Shown one piece after another: positions 30,935-43,989 of a stretch of 64,000 nucleotides of DNA. The DNA lies in NCBI GenBank assembly GCA_964016885.1, contig OZ024744.1, positions 82,398,001 to 82,462,000 of the forward strand, written 5' to 3'. How positions within the stretch are numbered: position 1 is the first letter of the stretch; each line of letters starts with the position of its first letter. Both the position numbers and the translations under genes were made by a program. The DNA comes from Eledone cirrhosa (taxonomy: Eukaryota). Below the pieces are notes generated by a model. It searched no databases, was not told the origin of the DNA, and worked only from the letters and a program-made list of their open reading frames with translations.

Positions 30935-31040
30935 CGGTCACAACTCCAGGTAGAAGGAGCAACGTAAAATAAAGTGTCTTGCTCAAGGACATAACGATAT
31001 CGCCCGGTCCAGGAATCGAACTCGCGACCTCACGATTGCG
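30935..31040 (-). mobile_element. tRNA-derived SINE family 3 fragment
   Basis: Reverse strand B-box GTTCGATTCC and GTCCTTGAGCAAGACACTT core; related to the 32075 and 62689 copies. Confidence 0.65.
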
Positions 31041-31090
<50 letters not shown>

Positions 31091-32074
31091 CAATCTTCTC
31101 GTTTCACTAATTAAAATGCGATCATGCTGGTGTACCGCATCGAATATATAAATGTGGCAATATGCAGCCTGACTTCCTTCACCTTCCTGATTAAACGCGT
31201 TCATCTGGCATAGGAGTGATCATTCTTCGATTTCGCACCGGCTTTCTGACATTTGATATTCGTTACCAGGGTTATTTTACTAGATTTATAGATTTTTTTA
31301 AATTATAATTACCTGCATTGTGGAGGCAATATTTTAAAATTTCAAATTTTTCAATTCTTCGTAAATGTATCAATCTTGTTTACACGACAGATTGTTTATA
31401 GAAAAGTTTATGTGCATATGTGTGTGCGTCTGTCTATGTGCTTATGTGCATATGCATACATTTATATGTATGAGTATATAAATATAAACGTGAAAATACA
31501 GACACACTTACAGACATACAAAAACACACACTCACAGACATACATTCACACACACACACCCACATACATTTACACAAACACACATATACACATACACTCA
31601 CACACAGTGTAGTTTTTTTCCACACGCTTCCTTCCTTTTATACACATACATTCACGCAGGCAGCAGATCTAAAGAGAGAGGAGTAGTATGAGATAGTCAA
31701 ACTACTCCTCTCTCTTTACATGCTGTGACAGAATCACAGAAATTTATATATAGATGAGTAAATATGTTTAGTTAATTATTTTGTTATGTGTGAATACCAT
31801 ATATGTGAGACATAATTTAGCATGCTTAACGATAATAATAGATCCTCCGACGGTTTCGAACTGAGCATTCAGTTGTTTGATCAACTGAACTACATACTCG
31901 TTGAATATTCAAGAAGCATATATACTGTTAACTTAATTCTCAGACATAATTTGCACGACTCAGTAAAAAAAACAAGCCTTGATATTTAATTTAGAAAATT
32001 AATCCAGTTGACGGGCTTCTGTCGACCAAGAGTGCAAGATTTGGGTTTACCTGGGATTATGTAAAGTGGGTCCC

Positions 32075-32336
32075 GACCCCGGAGGCTCATTAGGCCTGTG
32101 CTTATCCCGGTTTCCGTGGCGATAAGTGACTGAGAGTACAAGAGGCGTCACTGGACATGGCGCCTGTCCATCGTAGAGTTAAACACCCAGTTACTGCTGC
32201 TACTCATTTTCATTTAAGTATACTGAAATAACGTGAAATGAAGTGTTTTACTCAAGAACACTACATAAAACCCAGCCCAGGAATCGAATCTACGACATTA
32301 TGATAGTGGCCAACACACTTAACTCTGGGCTACGCT
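32075..32336 (-). mobile_element. SINE family 3, diverged
   Basis: AACGTGAAATGAAGTGTTTTACTCAAGAACAC and CCAGGAATCGAA shared with 30935. Confidence 0.65.
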
Positions 32337-33061
32337 AACCCGAGGCTATGGTAAAATAGATCCTACCAAGATGCCATAAAGTGTGAATAAAACTTGGACC
32401 CCATTAATACGAAGCGGACTTTTTACGTACTTGGTCGTGCCTGCACCCGTATTTCATAAGTTTGATACAGTCCGTAAGATCGGTTGCTGCATCGTTTTGG
32501 TTTATCTAATTTCATTTGAGTTGATCCGAGTCTATGGTAAGATATAATTGTACAAGATGTCACCAAATAGGATTGAACATAATACCTCATGATTGCGAAA
32601 CGAACTACTTCAATATTTCGTTATGTTGCATCTATGAACATCCATCTACACATCAATCCACCCGTCCATCCATTAATCCATTCATCAACCAATCTAGCCA
32701 GCTATTCATCCTTCCACTTATTCATCCATCCATCCATCCACTATTTGTGGAATTGATACCGAAGAAGCTCTACACTTTTAGAGCTGTTGTCTAAAAATGT
32801 CATCATATTAATATCTGTGAGACACGATGTCTTAACCAAAACATTATCTAACGTAATTCATAGAAACGTTAATTCTGATGCTAAATACATGTTACAGAGA
32901 TGTGGGGGAACATAATTATATATAACATGAAATAATACTGCTGGAATGTTCTTGTAAATACCTCAGTAAAATGTAAGAAATATCAGATCATATGTAATGA
33001 TCTGATACAGACAAAAAATGTGTGCACAGTAATGAAAATCAATCTGTTCAGTAGATGTTAA

Positions 33062-33135
33062 TATAATTGTTTCTACTTTTGGCACAAGGCCAGCAATTAC
33101 CCAGTATATTACTGGTACTTTATTTTATCGACCCT
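33062..33135 (-). mobile_element. SINE family 1, 3' fragment
   Basis: Matches the 3' 75 bp of other copies. Confidence 0.85.
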
Positions 33136-33906
33136 ATAATGTCAACGAATTAGTGAAAAAGAAAACATCTATATAGAACCAAAAAGAAATCAATAGATAC
33201 GCAGATATACCACCTGAATTAAAGCTTTAGAAGCCAGACTTCATAAAACTATAAAGTAGACTGATAACCATGAAATTTCAACTACAAACCATTAATAAAC
33301 TATTAAAGGGTAAAGAAAAAGGGGAAGAAAAAAGAAAATAAAGAGGAGAAAAATAATGATGGCTCAAGTGGAGAAAAAAGGGACAGCGGGAGAGACAGTC
33401 ACTACACCCCAGTTTGAGCGGTGCCTCAGCTGCACCACGAGGAGAAAACGGCAAAAGCATTGTCACGGAGAATGGCCTGCGACACGCGCTGTAACAGCCT
33501 ACCTACCTCACGGTGGAGCTCTCTCCTTAAGCAGGCCACTGTCTTTCAGATTTTACGGAGGATATCAGCTGTGCAGGGACCAAGGGCGCCAGAGGTCGCG
33601 ACGGAGACTAGTGCAAAGAAGAAGCGGTCGGTCAGGCTCCAGTATTTGACGAAGTCGTTAATGGCAGTATGAAGATATTAAACACATCCTAGAGATTTAA
33701 CATAAACTAAAATCTACGTATGTTAACGTGAGTGACATAAAGACATATGTATAAGTAAACACAAATTACAAACATAAAAATACTATCTAATAATGGCTTC
33801 CGTGTTTGCACACATACATACGTGTGGAGATCAATCAACCAGCTCACCCATACATACATACATACATACATACATACATACATACATACATACATACATA
33901 CATACA

Positions 33907-33937
<31 letters not shown>

Positions 33938-34007
33938 TCATACATACATATATATACACATTTATATATATATACATATATATATTACGTACATACATAC
34001 ACATATT

Positions 34008-34040
<33 letters not shown>

Positions 34041-34106
34041 GCACACATACAAACATTTATAAATATATATACCTATATATATTACATACATACAGACAGA
34101 CAGACA

Positions 34107-35010
34107 TTCAACGGGATCAGTCACTCAATTTGGCGTGGGAGTCTATTCATTAAATTTACGATGAATACTATCTCCGACAATAATGCCACAACTACCAGTC
34201 ATGTTGAATAACTGGTTATTCTTCTAACTATATCTACTGAAGACACCTTTTATTCGAATTCGTAGAGATATCCGACTAAATACATAATTCATTTTACAAG
34301 GATTTGATACAAATAGCACTGATGGGCACAACGTCAACAACAAGGACTTACCGAACACAAGTAACGAGAACAATTTACTGAAGAAAATCAACGAGAAAAG
34401 TAAACAATATTTATTTAGTTGTATCTACAGAAGAAATTACAAATTGTATTTCGCTTGGAGTTACGAACTTGATGATTTATTTAATTGTTATAAAATGGCA
34501 AACAAAAATCCCTGCGTTGAATGAAGCTACAATTGGATGAAATATATCCAGTGCTAAATAACTTCACAGCCAAACAAATACGCCGACAAGCGATGTTTGT
34601 TAAAAGTAAAGATAACATAAATATTATACCTGTGATTATTGGGACAATGGGATATGTTAGTAACTGCATCAATACAAATCTTGAGAAGCTGGGCTTCACA
34701 GAAACAGAAAGAACACAACTATTTAGGAAATTACAAGTAAAATACATCAATGGAACAGTAAAAACATGTAAAATATTCCAAAAATTCTGCATCTAATAAT
34801 TCCATGTACACATGTACATATATAAAGTATATGCACATGCACACATACAACTCAAAACACACACATCCACACATACAATAATATTCATACATGCACATGC
34901 ATGCATATCTACCTAGTTGATGTGTAAATTCCAATGAGAGAGTCTTGTAACTATGCTAGAAACCGACTCTCTCTCTATTGGCAAACATTTGTGAAATTAT
35001 AAAACCAGAA
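34107..35010 (+). mobile_element. R4/Dong-like family X copy A, internally deleted
   Basis: 5' part homologous to 37980-38500 fused to 3' part homologous to 41730-42120; (CATA)n flanks. Confidence 0.85.
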
Positions 35011-35020
35011 CATACATACA

Positions 35021-35053
<33 letters not shown>

Positions 35054-35091
35054 GTATGTATACATACATACATATATACATACATACAATA

Positions 35092-36772
35092 TAAATGCTC
35101 ATACATGACTGTAAAGCGGGGAAAAACAACAACCCATTCTAGCAACATTGTCATCAATCGCCTAACTGTTTCACCGATATCTGATGAGGACTGCTACAGA
35201 TACCTGGGGATAGATGAGAACATATCCTATAATGGTATCTGTAATAAAGAACGCGTAACCAGAGAATACTACACCCGATTAAGAAAGATCTTGTCATCGG
35301 AACTCTCTGCGCAAAACAAAACAGTGGCTCACAATGTGTTTGCTGTGCCTGTCCTAATACCAACTTTTGGAATACTCAAATGGACGATAGACGAAATCCG
35401 AGCAGTTGATGTTGGAACTCGAAAAATACTAAACAACACCGGAAACTTCCACATCAACAGTGACATAGACCGCCTTTACTTGAAACGTAAGGAGGGAGGC
35501 AGAGGCCTAATCAGTCCAGACAACATTTGTCGCATCATATCTCTCCGACAACATCTACGAACCTCGAAGCGTAGGAGCCCGTTTCTCGAGCAAGTCTATC
35601 TGCATGAAACAGATAAGATCATGAGAGTTGGGAAGGAACTCCTCGAGAAATATTCCCTGTGTGATAATCAAAATCTCACACGCAGTGAAGTCGCTCAGCA
35701 GTATCGCAGTGAATCCATGGATGAAAAACTGCATACTTTTCAGCAAAAAATCATGCATGGATATGTTGCCAGGAAGCTCCAGAGTGAGAGTAATATAGAT
35801 AAGGAAAGAAGTCTATCTTCGACGAACAACCGCTATATTGGCTCCCACTTTGAAGGATACGCTTTTGCAATCCAAGAAGGGGACATTAACACGAAATACC
35901 TGATTCACAAAAGAGATACGGATGCAGACAAAACACCTAAATGTGATAACAAGTGCAGACTCTGCAGAACGAACATCGAGGATATCACCCATGTCATCAG
36001 CAGCTGCCCAAAGATGTCATCGCGGTACTATCTACCTATGAGGCATGATGTAGTGGCCAAAACACTGTACAATGCAGTTCGTAAAAAAGATCGCCCCGAT
36101 AATAAACACATTAAAAGCTACAACAATGTGGAAGACATCCCTGTACATAATATGAAAGAGTACTGGTGGAATGTTGCAGTAAAAACCCCAATAAAATGCA
36201 GGCATAACAGACCAGATATTTCGATGTGGGACAGGGAGAAGAAAACATGCACAGTAGTGGAAATTAGCTGCCCAGCAGATACCAATATAATATCAAAGAT
36301 TAGTGAAAAGGAGAATATTTATGCAGAACTGATGAGAAAGCTGCAGATACTCCACCCTGATTACACCTTCAGATTTATGCCTGTGATTATTGGGGCACTG
36401 GGATACGTTAGTTACTGCCTCAATACAAATCTTGAGAAGCTAGGCTTCACAGGAACAGACAGAACACAACTAGTTAGGCAATTACAAGTACAATCCATTA
36501 ATGGAACAGTAAAAATATGTAAAACATTCCAAACATTTTGCATCTAATAATTGCATATACACATGTACAGATGTAAAGCATATACACATGCACATATACA
36601 ACTCAAAATATACACATCCACACCTACAATAACATCCATATCTACACATACAGACATACATAATCTACCTAGTTGATGTTGTGTAAATTCCAATGAGAGA
36701 GTCTTGTGTCTATGTTAGAAACCGACTCTCTCTCTATTGGTAAAACTTTGTGAAATTATAAAACCAGAAGAA
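35092..36772 (+). mobile_element. R4/Dong-like family X copy B, 5'-truncated
   Basis: Highly similar to 40434-42123; ends CCAGAAGAA(CATA)n. Confidence 0.9.
35105..36547 (+). pseudogene. RT thumb, CCHC and restriction-like endonuclease (truncated ORF)
   Basis: YRYLG, RLYL..KEGGRGL, CRLC..HVISSC, RHD, RPD...E motifs. Confidence 0.88.
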
Positions 36773-37061
36773 CATACATACATGCATACATACGTACATA
36801 CATACATACATACATACATACATACATACATACATACATACATACATAATACATACATACAGACATACATTCAACATACATACATACATGCATACATACA
36901 TGCATACATATAAAGGTACAAATATATACATATACAGACATACATACATATAGCCATACACATGTTTGTAGGCATCCATCCATCAACATATACTTATATA
37001 CTGATGGTTGTCCCCTCGTTATCGAGTATGGTCATTGCACGATATACCATTATTAATAATT

Positions 37062-37245
37062 CGGTGAATTGGCAGTATCGGTAGAGGGTCAGACGCCATG
37101 CTCTCCAGCATAGTTACGTCCCTCTACGTCTGAGTTCAAATCTCGTCGAAGTTATCTTTGCCTTTCATCCTTACGGGGTCGATAAAATAAAGTACCAGTA
37201 ATAAACTGGGATAATTGCTGGCCTTGCGCCAAAAGTAGAAACTAT
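37062..37245 (+). mobile_element. SINE family 1
   Basis: Homology to the 8831 copy. Confidence 0.9.
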
Positions 37246-37480
37246 TAATAATTATTAATTAATTCTATCGTGCAATGCCTGTGCATGCAGATTTTTTTAA
37301 AGGTGAGTAAAAACTGTGCACTGAGCCAATCCCACTCTCTGAGAGACAGTAGCTATAACCCGAAAAGAAGGAAAGATCATTTTCATCGGTAACTACTGAG
37401 CCGCATACATACATACATACATACATACATACATACATACATACATACATACATACATACATACATACATACATACATAC

Positions 37481-37670
37481 ATGGTGGCTGCCAACTCGTT
37501 TTCGAGTACGGCCACTACTTTATATCCATGTAGGAGAAACCTTACCGATGCGCTGAACGAGTGTGATTTTTAGTCCAGCCAGCGACTTGAAAACTCTGGT
37601 AAAAACACTACACTTGTAACAATTATTGACACATAGTGCTGGGCGCATGGTACCATGTGACGTCAAGTGC
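37481..37670 (-). mobile_element. RTE-type 3' end, second copy
   Basis: Similar to 28179-28367; abuts (CATA)n. Confidence 0.65.
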
Positions 37671-37938
37671 AGAGAGATCTCCAGATATAAAGCAATGCCT
37701 GTGCCGTGAAGCTTTTATAGTGAGCAAAGCCACTGCACAAAGCCAGTCCCACTCTCGTAACCAAGTTGATATTTACCAAAAAGAAGAACAAGTCAACATC
37801 ATTGGATACCATCAGGGTTGCAGGTATTATATCAGAGTTTTCCTTCTCCTAGAATTCTGCCTTGACAAAGGCTAAGGGGTCATACATACATACATACATA
37901 CATACATACATACATACATACATACATACATACATACA

Positions 37939-37967
<29 letters not shown>

Positions 37968-37969
<2 letters not shown>

Positions 37970-40900
37970 TCCATCAGTCAACGCGATCAGTCGCATATTT
38001 TGGCGTGGGAGACTATTTATTAGATTTAAGATGTATACTATCTCCGACAGTAATGCCACAACTACAGCCAGGTTGAATAACTGGTTATTCTTCTAACTAT
38101 CCCTTCTGAAGACACCTTTTATTCGAATTCGTAGAGATATCCGACTAAATACATAATTCACTTTACAAGGATTTGCTACAAACAGCATGGCTGAACACAA
38201 CATCAACAAGAAAATTAAGGAAGTATCGAAGACAAATAACAAGGAAGGTAATCAAACTTTATTCAGTTGTAGCTACAGAAGAAACCGAAATTATAAATCG
38301 CATTTCTCTTGGAGTTGCGAACTAAATAATGATTTATTTAATTGTTATAAAATGGCAAAAAACAATTCCTCCATTGGCTATATGAACAGAACAGAATGAA
38401 GCTACACTGGGACGAAATGCACCCAGAGCTAAATTATTTTACAGCGAAACAATTACGCCAACAAGCGACGTTTGTTGAACGTAGAAATAAGATAAATGTT
38501 ATTAATTGTAAGTCCCCCACAACAAACATGGAAACAACAACACGTGCTACAGATCGCCATGCTACTAGACTTCCTAGCAGCCAGGTCGAACAGCGCCTTG
38601 AAACAACTATGCCTGTACCATCTAAGTCTACCTCGAATGCTGGGGAAAACACTATCGATAATAATAATAATCAAAGAAATAATAATAATAATCGAATAAA
38701 TGTGACACCACGTATACCATCGGAGTCTACCTCGACTGTTGTGGAAAATACTATCGATAATGATAATCAAAAGTATAAACAATTGAAAATACTATCGATA
38801 ATGATAATCAAAAGTATAAACAATTGAAAATTTCCCTCAACGAAATCTTCCAGAGAGAAATTAACTCATGTATAAATATCTCTCTGGCTCAACGTGTTAA
38901 AATGACAATGGTGAATAAAAAACCAAATAATGAAATACTACGTGTTATTGACGAAATAGGGGATAAATATTTACGACGGATAAAAACCCCAACATTTTGG
39001 CAAATCAACGCCTGTTTATATGCCTTAGCAATGACAGTGAAGCATTATCTTGGTGATAGCAGAGATATTAACAAGAACAAAACACCACCAAAAATACCAT
39101 CATATATAACTAAAATAGAAAAAAAGAGTGCTAACCTACGAAAAAACATAGGACAAGTAATAATGCTCCTTACATGCAAACAAACACAAAAAGACCACAC
39201 TCTTCACCAACAAAGAGTGAAAAATAAAATAGAGACGATGTTTGGTAACAGTAGAACCAGAACTCTCCAATATAAGCTGATCACCCTCAAACAAGAATTA
39301 AGGGCTGTTAGCGAAAAACGCCGATACCTGAAGAAGGTAGATGAGAGCAAAATGCTTAATAAAAGATTCAGACGAAACCAAACATCAGTCTATAGAGATA
39401 TGAAGGGCAAAATAATAAGTGTCACTGAGGCCCCATCCCAGAAAGACATAGATTCCTTTTGGAGAAAAATATGTGGTGAAAAGAAGAATTTCAACCAAGA
39501 TGCAGTGTGGCTAAGAGAAATCCGAAAGAACTGTTGCTCCTACACTACAACAAAAACATACGAAATAAGTGAGGGTACCCTTGAGACTATGATAGGAAAA
39601 CTCCAAGATAAGAAAACACCAGCAAGAGACATGATTGGCGGCTACTGGTACAAAAAACTAATATTCTATCGGTGGTATCTTACTGACCTCTACCAACAAC
39701 TTCTTAAGGGAGATACACTTATACCAGAATGGTTGACATTAGCACAAACGTTACTGGTCCCCAAGAACAAAGACACCCACTTGGCAAAAAACTACCGACC
39801 CATTGCATGCCAGAACTTGATGTATAAGATTTTTAAGCCTGCCTCAACCTATTCCTGCAAGATCACTGTGAAAATAATAACATCATCACAGATGAACAAG
39901 CAGCTGGAAAGAAAAGGGTTTGGGATGTGCTGAACAACTCCTAATCAACAAAACTGCGATGTCGGAGGTGCGACAACTTAGGCGGAATATGACTACAGTC
40001 TGGCTGGACTACAAGAAAGCTTTCGATTCTGTTCCCCACTCTTGGAGGATGGAGGCCCTCCAACTTGCTAAAGTCCCAGACATTATTGTCAGAGCCATAG
40101 AGAGGCTGTCTTCTTCTTGGGCTACTATCCTAAGGTTAAAGACAGAGAGGGAGGACTCTATTTTCACTGATAAAATAAAATATTGCAGGGGTATATTTCA
40201 GGGGGACAGTCTCTCTGTGATATTGTTCATCTTGTCATTAAATCCCTTGTCCTTTCTTCTCAAGAAATGTGAGGGATACATCATTGGCTTAGAGGAGGAC
40301 AGAAATACGAACCTAACCCATAACTTCTTTGTGGACGATCTGAAACTCTATGCTAACAACATGGATGGGATGAAGAAAAATCTTGACTTGGTTACAACGT
40401 TCTCAAAGGATATAGGAATGTAGTTTGGCCAAGATAAATGATCATACATGACTGTAAAGCGGGGAAAAACAACAACCCAATCTAGCAACATTGTCATCAA
40501 TGGTCTATCTGTTTCACCGATATCTGATGAGGAATGCTACAGATACCTGGGGATAGATGAGAACATATCCTATAATAGTATCTGTAATAAAGAACGCGTA
40601 ACCAGGGAATACTACACCCGATTAAGAAATATCTGGTCATCGGAACTCTCTGCACAAAACAAAACAGTGGCTCACAATGTGTTTGCTGTGCCTGTCCTAA
40701 CATCAACGTTTGGAATACTCAATTGGACGATAGACGAAATCCGAGCAGTTGATGTTGGAACTCGAAAAATACTAAACAACACCAGAAACTTCCACATCAA
40801 CAGTGACATAGACCGCCTTTACTTGAAACGTAAGGAGAGAGGCAGAGGCCTAACATCAGTCCAGACAACATTTGAATGTCGCATCATATCCCTCCGACAA

Positions 40901-42123
40901 TATCTACGAACCTCGAAGCGTAGGAGCCCGTTTCTCGAGCAAGTCTATCTGCATGAAGCAGATAAGATCATGAGAGTTGGGAGGGAACTCCTCGAGAGAT
41001 ATTCCCTGTGTGACAATCAAAATCTCACACGCAGTGAAGTCGCTCAGCAGTATCGCAGTGAATCCATGGATGAAAAACTGCATACTTTTCAGCAAAAAAA
41101 TCATGCATGGATATGTTGCCAGGAAGCTCCAGAGTGAGAGTAATATAGATAAGGAAAGAAGTCTATCTTCGACGAACAACCGCTATATTGGCTCACAGTT
41201 TGAAGGATACGCTTTTGCAATCCAAGAACAGGAGATTAACACGAAATACCTGATTCACAAAAGAGATAGAGATGCAGGCAAAACACCTAGATGTGATAAC
41301 AAGTGCAGACTATGCAGAACTAACATCGAGGATATCACCCATGTCATTAGCAGCTGCCCAAAGATGTCATCGCGGTACTATCTACCTATGAGGCATGATG
41401 TAGTGGCCAAAACACTGTACAATGCAGTTCGTAAAAAAGATCGCCCCGATAATAAACACATTAAAAGCTACAACAATGTGGAAGACATCCCTGTACATAA
41501 TATGAAAGAGTACTGGTGGAATGTTGCAGTAAAAACCCCAATAAAATGCAGGCATAACAGACCAGATATTATGATATGGGACAGGGAGAAGAAAACATGC
41601 ACAGTAGTGGAAATTAGCTGCCCAGCAGATGCCAATATAATATCAAAGATTAGTGAAAAGGAGAATATTTATGCAGAACTGATGAGAAATCTGCAGATAC
41701 TCCACCCTGATTACACCTTCAGATTTATGCCTGTGATTATTGGGGCACTGGGATATGTTAGTAACTGCCTCAATACAAATCTTGAGAAGCTAGGCTTCAC
41801 AGGAACAGAAAGAACACAACTAGTTAGGAAATTACAAATATAATCCATTAATGGAACAGTAAAAATATGTAAAACATTCCAAAAATGTTGCATCTAATAA
41901 CTGCATATACACATGTACAGATACAAAGCATATACACATGCACACACAACTCAAAACATACACATCCACACCTACAATAACATCCATATCTACACATGCA
42001 GACATACATACATAATCTACCTAGTTGATGTTGTGTCAATTCCAATGAGAGAGTCTTGTGTCTATGTTAGAAACCGACTCTCTCTCTATTGGTAAAACTT
42101 TGTGAAATTATAAAGCCAGAAGA
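37968..42123 (+). mobile_element. R4/Dong-like family X copy C, near full-length, frameshifted
   Basis: NYRPIAC, WLDYKKAFDSV, GIFQGDSLS, FVDD, YLG, CCHC, RHD, PD..E; (CATA)n on both sides; 41-bp tandem duplication at 38744-38825. Confidence 0.92.
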
Positions 42124-42329
42124 ACATACATACATACATACATACATAATACATACATACAGACATACATTCAACATACATACATTCATACATACATACA
42201 TACATACAGACATACATTCAACATACATACATTCATACACACACACACACACATGCATACATACATACATACATACATACATACATACATACATACATAC
42301 ATACATACATACATACATACATACATACA

Positions 42330-42441
42330 TGCATATCTACCTAGTTGATGTTGTGTAAATTCCAATGAGAGAGTCTTGTCTCTATGTTAGAAACCGACTC
42401 TCTCTCTACTGGTAAAACTTTGTGAAATTATAAAACCAGAA
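42330..42441 (+). mobile_element. Family X copy D, 3'-terminal ~110 bp
   Basis: Repeats TCTACCTAGTTGATG...AAACCAGAAG between (CATA)n tracts. Confidence 0.9.
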
Positions 42442-42506
42442 GTACATACATACATACATACATACATACATACATACATACATACATACATACATACATA
42501 CATACA

Positions 42507-42538
<32 letters not shown>

Positions 42539-43206
42539 GAGGTATGCAGGCAGTTGTTTATACGTTTACATATTCATATCGTAATACTGAGCGTTAATTA
42601 CATGGACGTGACTATGTGTATGTGAATTAGTGCGTTTTATACTTTCTTCTCTATATGCATGTACACAATATATTGTTTCTCTCCCTCACACATACACCCC
42701 ACACACTCACCCACACACACACTCACACACACCAACTCTCTCTGTATGTGTACGAATGTGATAATATATTTGTGTTATATTTATGCTTAAGTGTGTAGGT
42801 TATTATTTATGATGATGATGATGATGTGTAAATCTGTGTATCAGTGAACGCCATTTTATCTTTGTCTATTTCTTAGTGATTATCTAGTAATGGCACATAT
42901 CCAAAGACTTAAACATTATCTCTTCTCAAAAGGTAGTTTTGATGCAAGATTGAGCCACCGAAAGTGTGGGAAGCGTTTGTGGTAATTGATAATTGCATTA
43001 AAATCCCGAGGGGTTTGTAGTTTTGGGAATTAGGTGAATGAGGACTGTATGTAAACAGGAACTATGTTGTCACGACCCAGCATTCCACTGGGTAACAAGA
43101 GAGAAAAGAGATGTTAATTAATATTTTCAACCAATATCATGCATACATATATACATACATACAAGCATATATACACACACGCACGCACACACACACACAC
43201 ACGCAC

Positions 43207-43282
<76 letters not shown>

Positions 43283-43329
43283 ACACACACACACACCCAC
43301 ACCCACACACACCCACACCCACACACACC

Positions 43330-43362
<33 letters not shown>

Positions 43363-43601
43363 TTATACATACATGTATACATATATATATATATAGCTCT
43401 TTTTACAAAACAGTTTTTTTTCCATTTCAGGTAGACGCGCTCCATCATCGACTTTTCTAAAAAATAAATCATACACAAAACGCCAGCACCAACAATTTTG
43501 CAAGAGATGTCAACATGAATGGACTTGTTATTTTTATCTAAAGACATTTTTTCCAATTCCATCCCGGCTGTCCCCTCAATCTATCTTATTTCTCATTCTT
43601 T

Positions 43602-43635
43602 CTTCTGATGAAGGACTAGCGTCCGAAACGTTAAG
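43602..43635 (+). ncRNA. Minimal hammerhead ribozyme in the 5' pLTR
   Basis: CTT-CTGATGA-A-GGAC.TAGC.GTCC-GAAA-CGTT-AAG. Confidence 0.75.
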
Positions 43636-43989
43636 TCCCTCTTCCTGCTATATCAAGCGTTAACCTAATATATCCCTTCCATATACTGTACCGATTGTGT
43701 TGTTATTTCAGTTTACCTTTTACACATATATATATATATTAACGCTTACGTGGACCTCTCAAAATTCGTCGGATTTTCTGATTGGATTTTCACCTCGAAA
43801 CTGGATACCAACTGAATTTCCACCAGGAAATCTTTCGTATCACTGAAATTTTCTTTCCTTCTTGCATTTAAATATTCCACGACTCTCTACCACTTTTCCT
43901 CTACTACAATCTTCTTACACCACCTTCTTCTTACACCACCTTCTTCTCACCCGTCTATTTTTCACCCCCCCCTCCCCCAGTGCCTTCAA

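Noticed and set aside
31671-31719. Short hairpin as terminator or miRNA
   Set aside because: Only about 18 bp of GA/TC-rich stem; no supporting context
33300-33680. GC-richer segment faintly like Tx1 ORF1
   Set aside because: Similarity too weak without a search
34600-34650. Copy A deletion as a spliced intron (GTAAGT at ~38508, TTCAG at ~41722 in copy C)
   Set aside because: The junction does not match those sites; TTAT microhomology explains it
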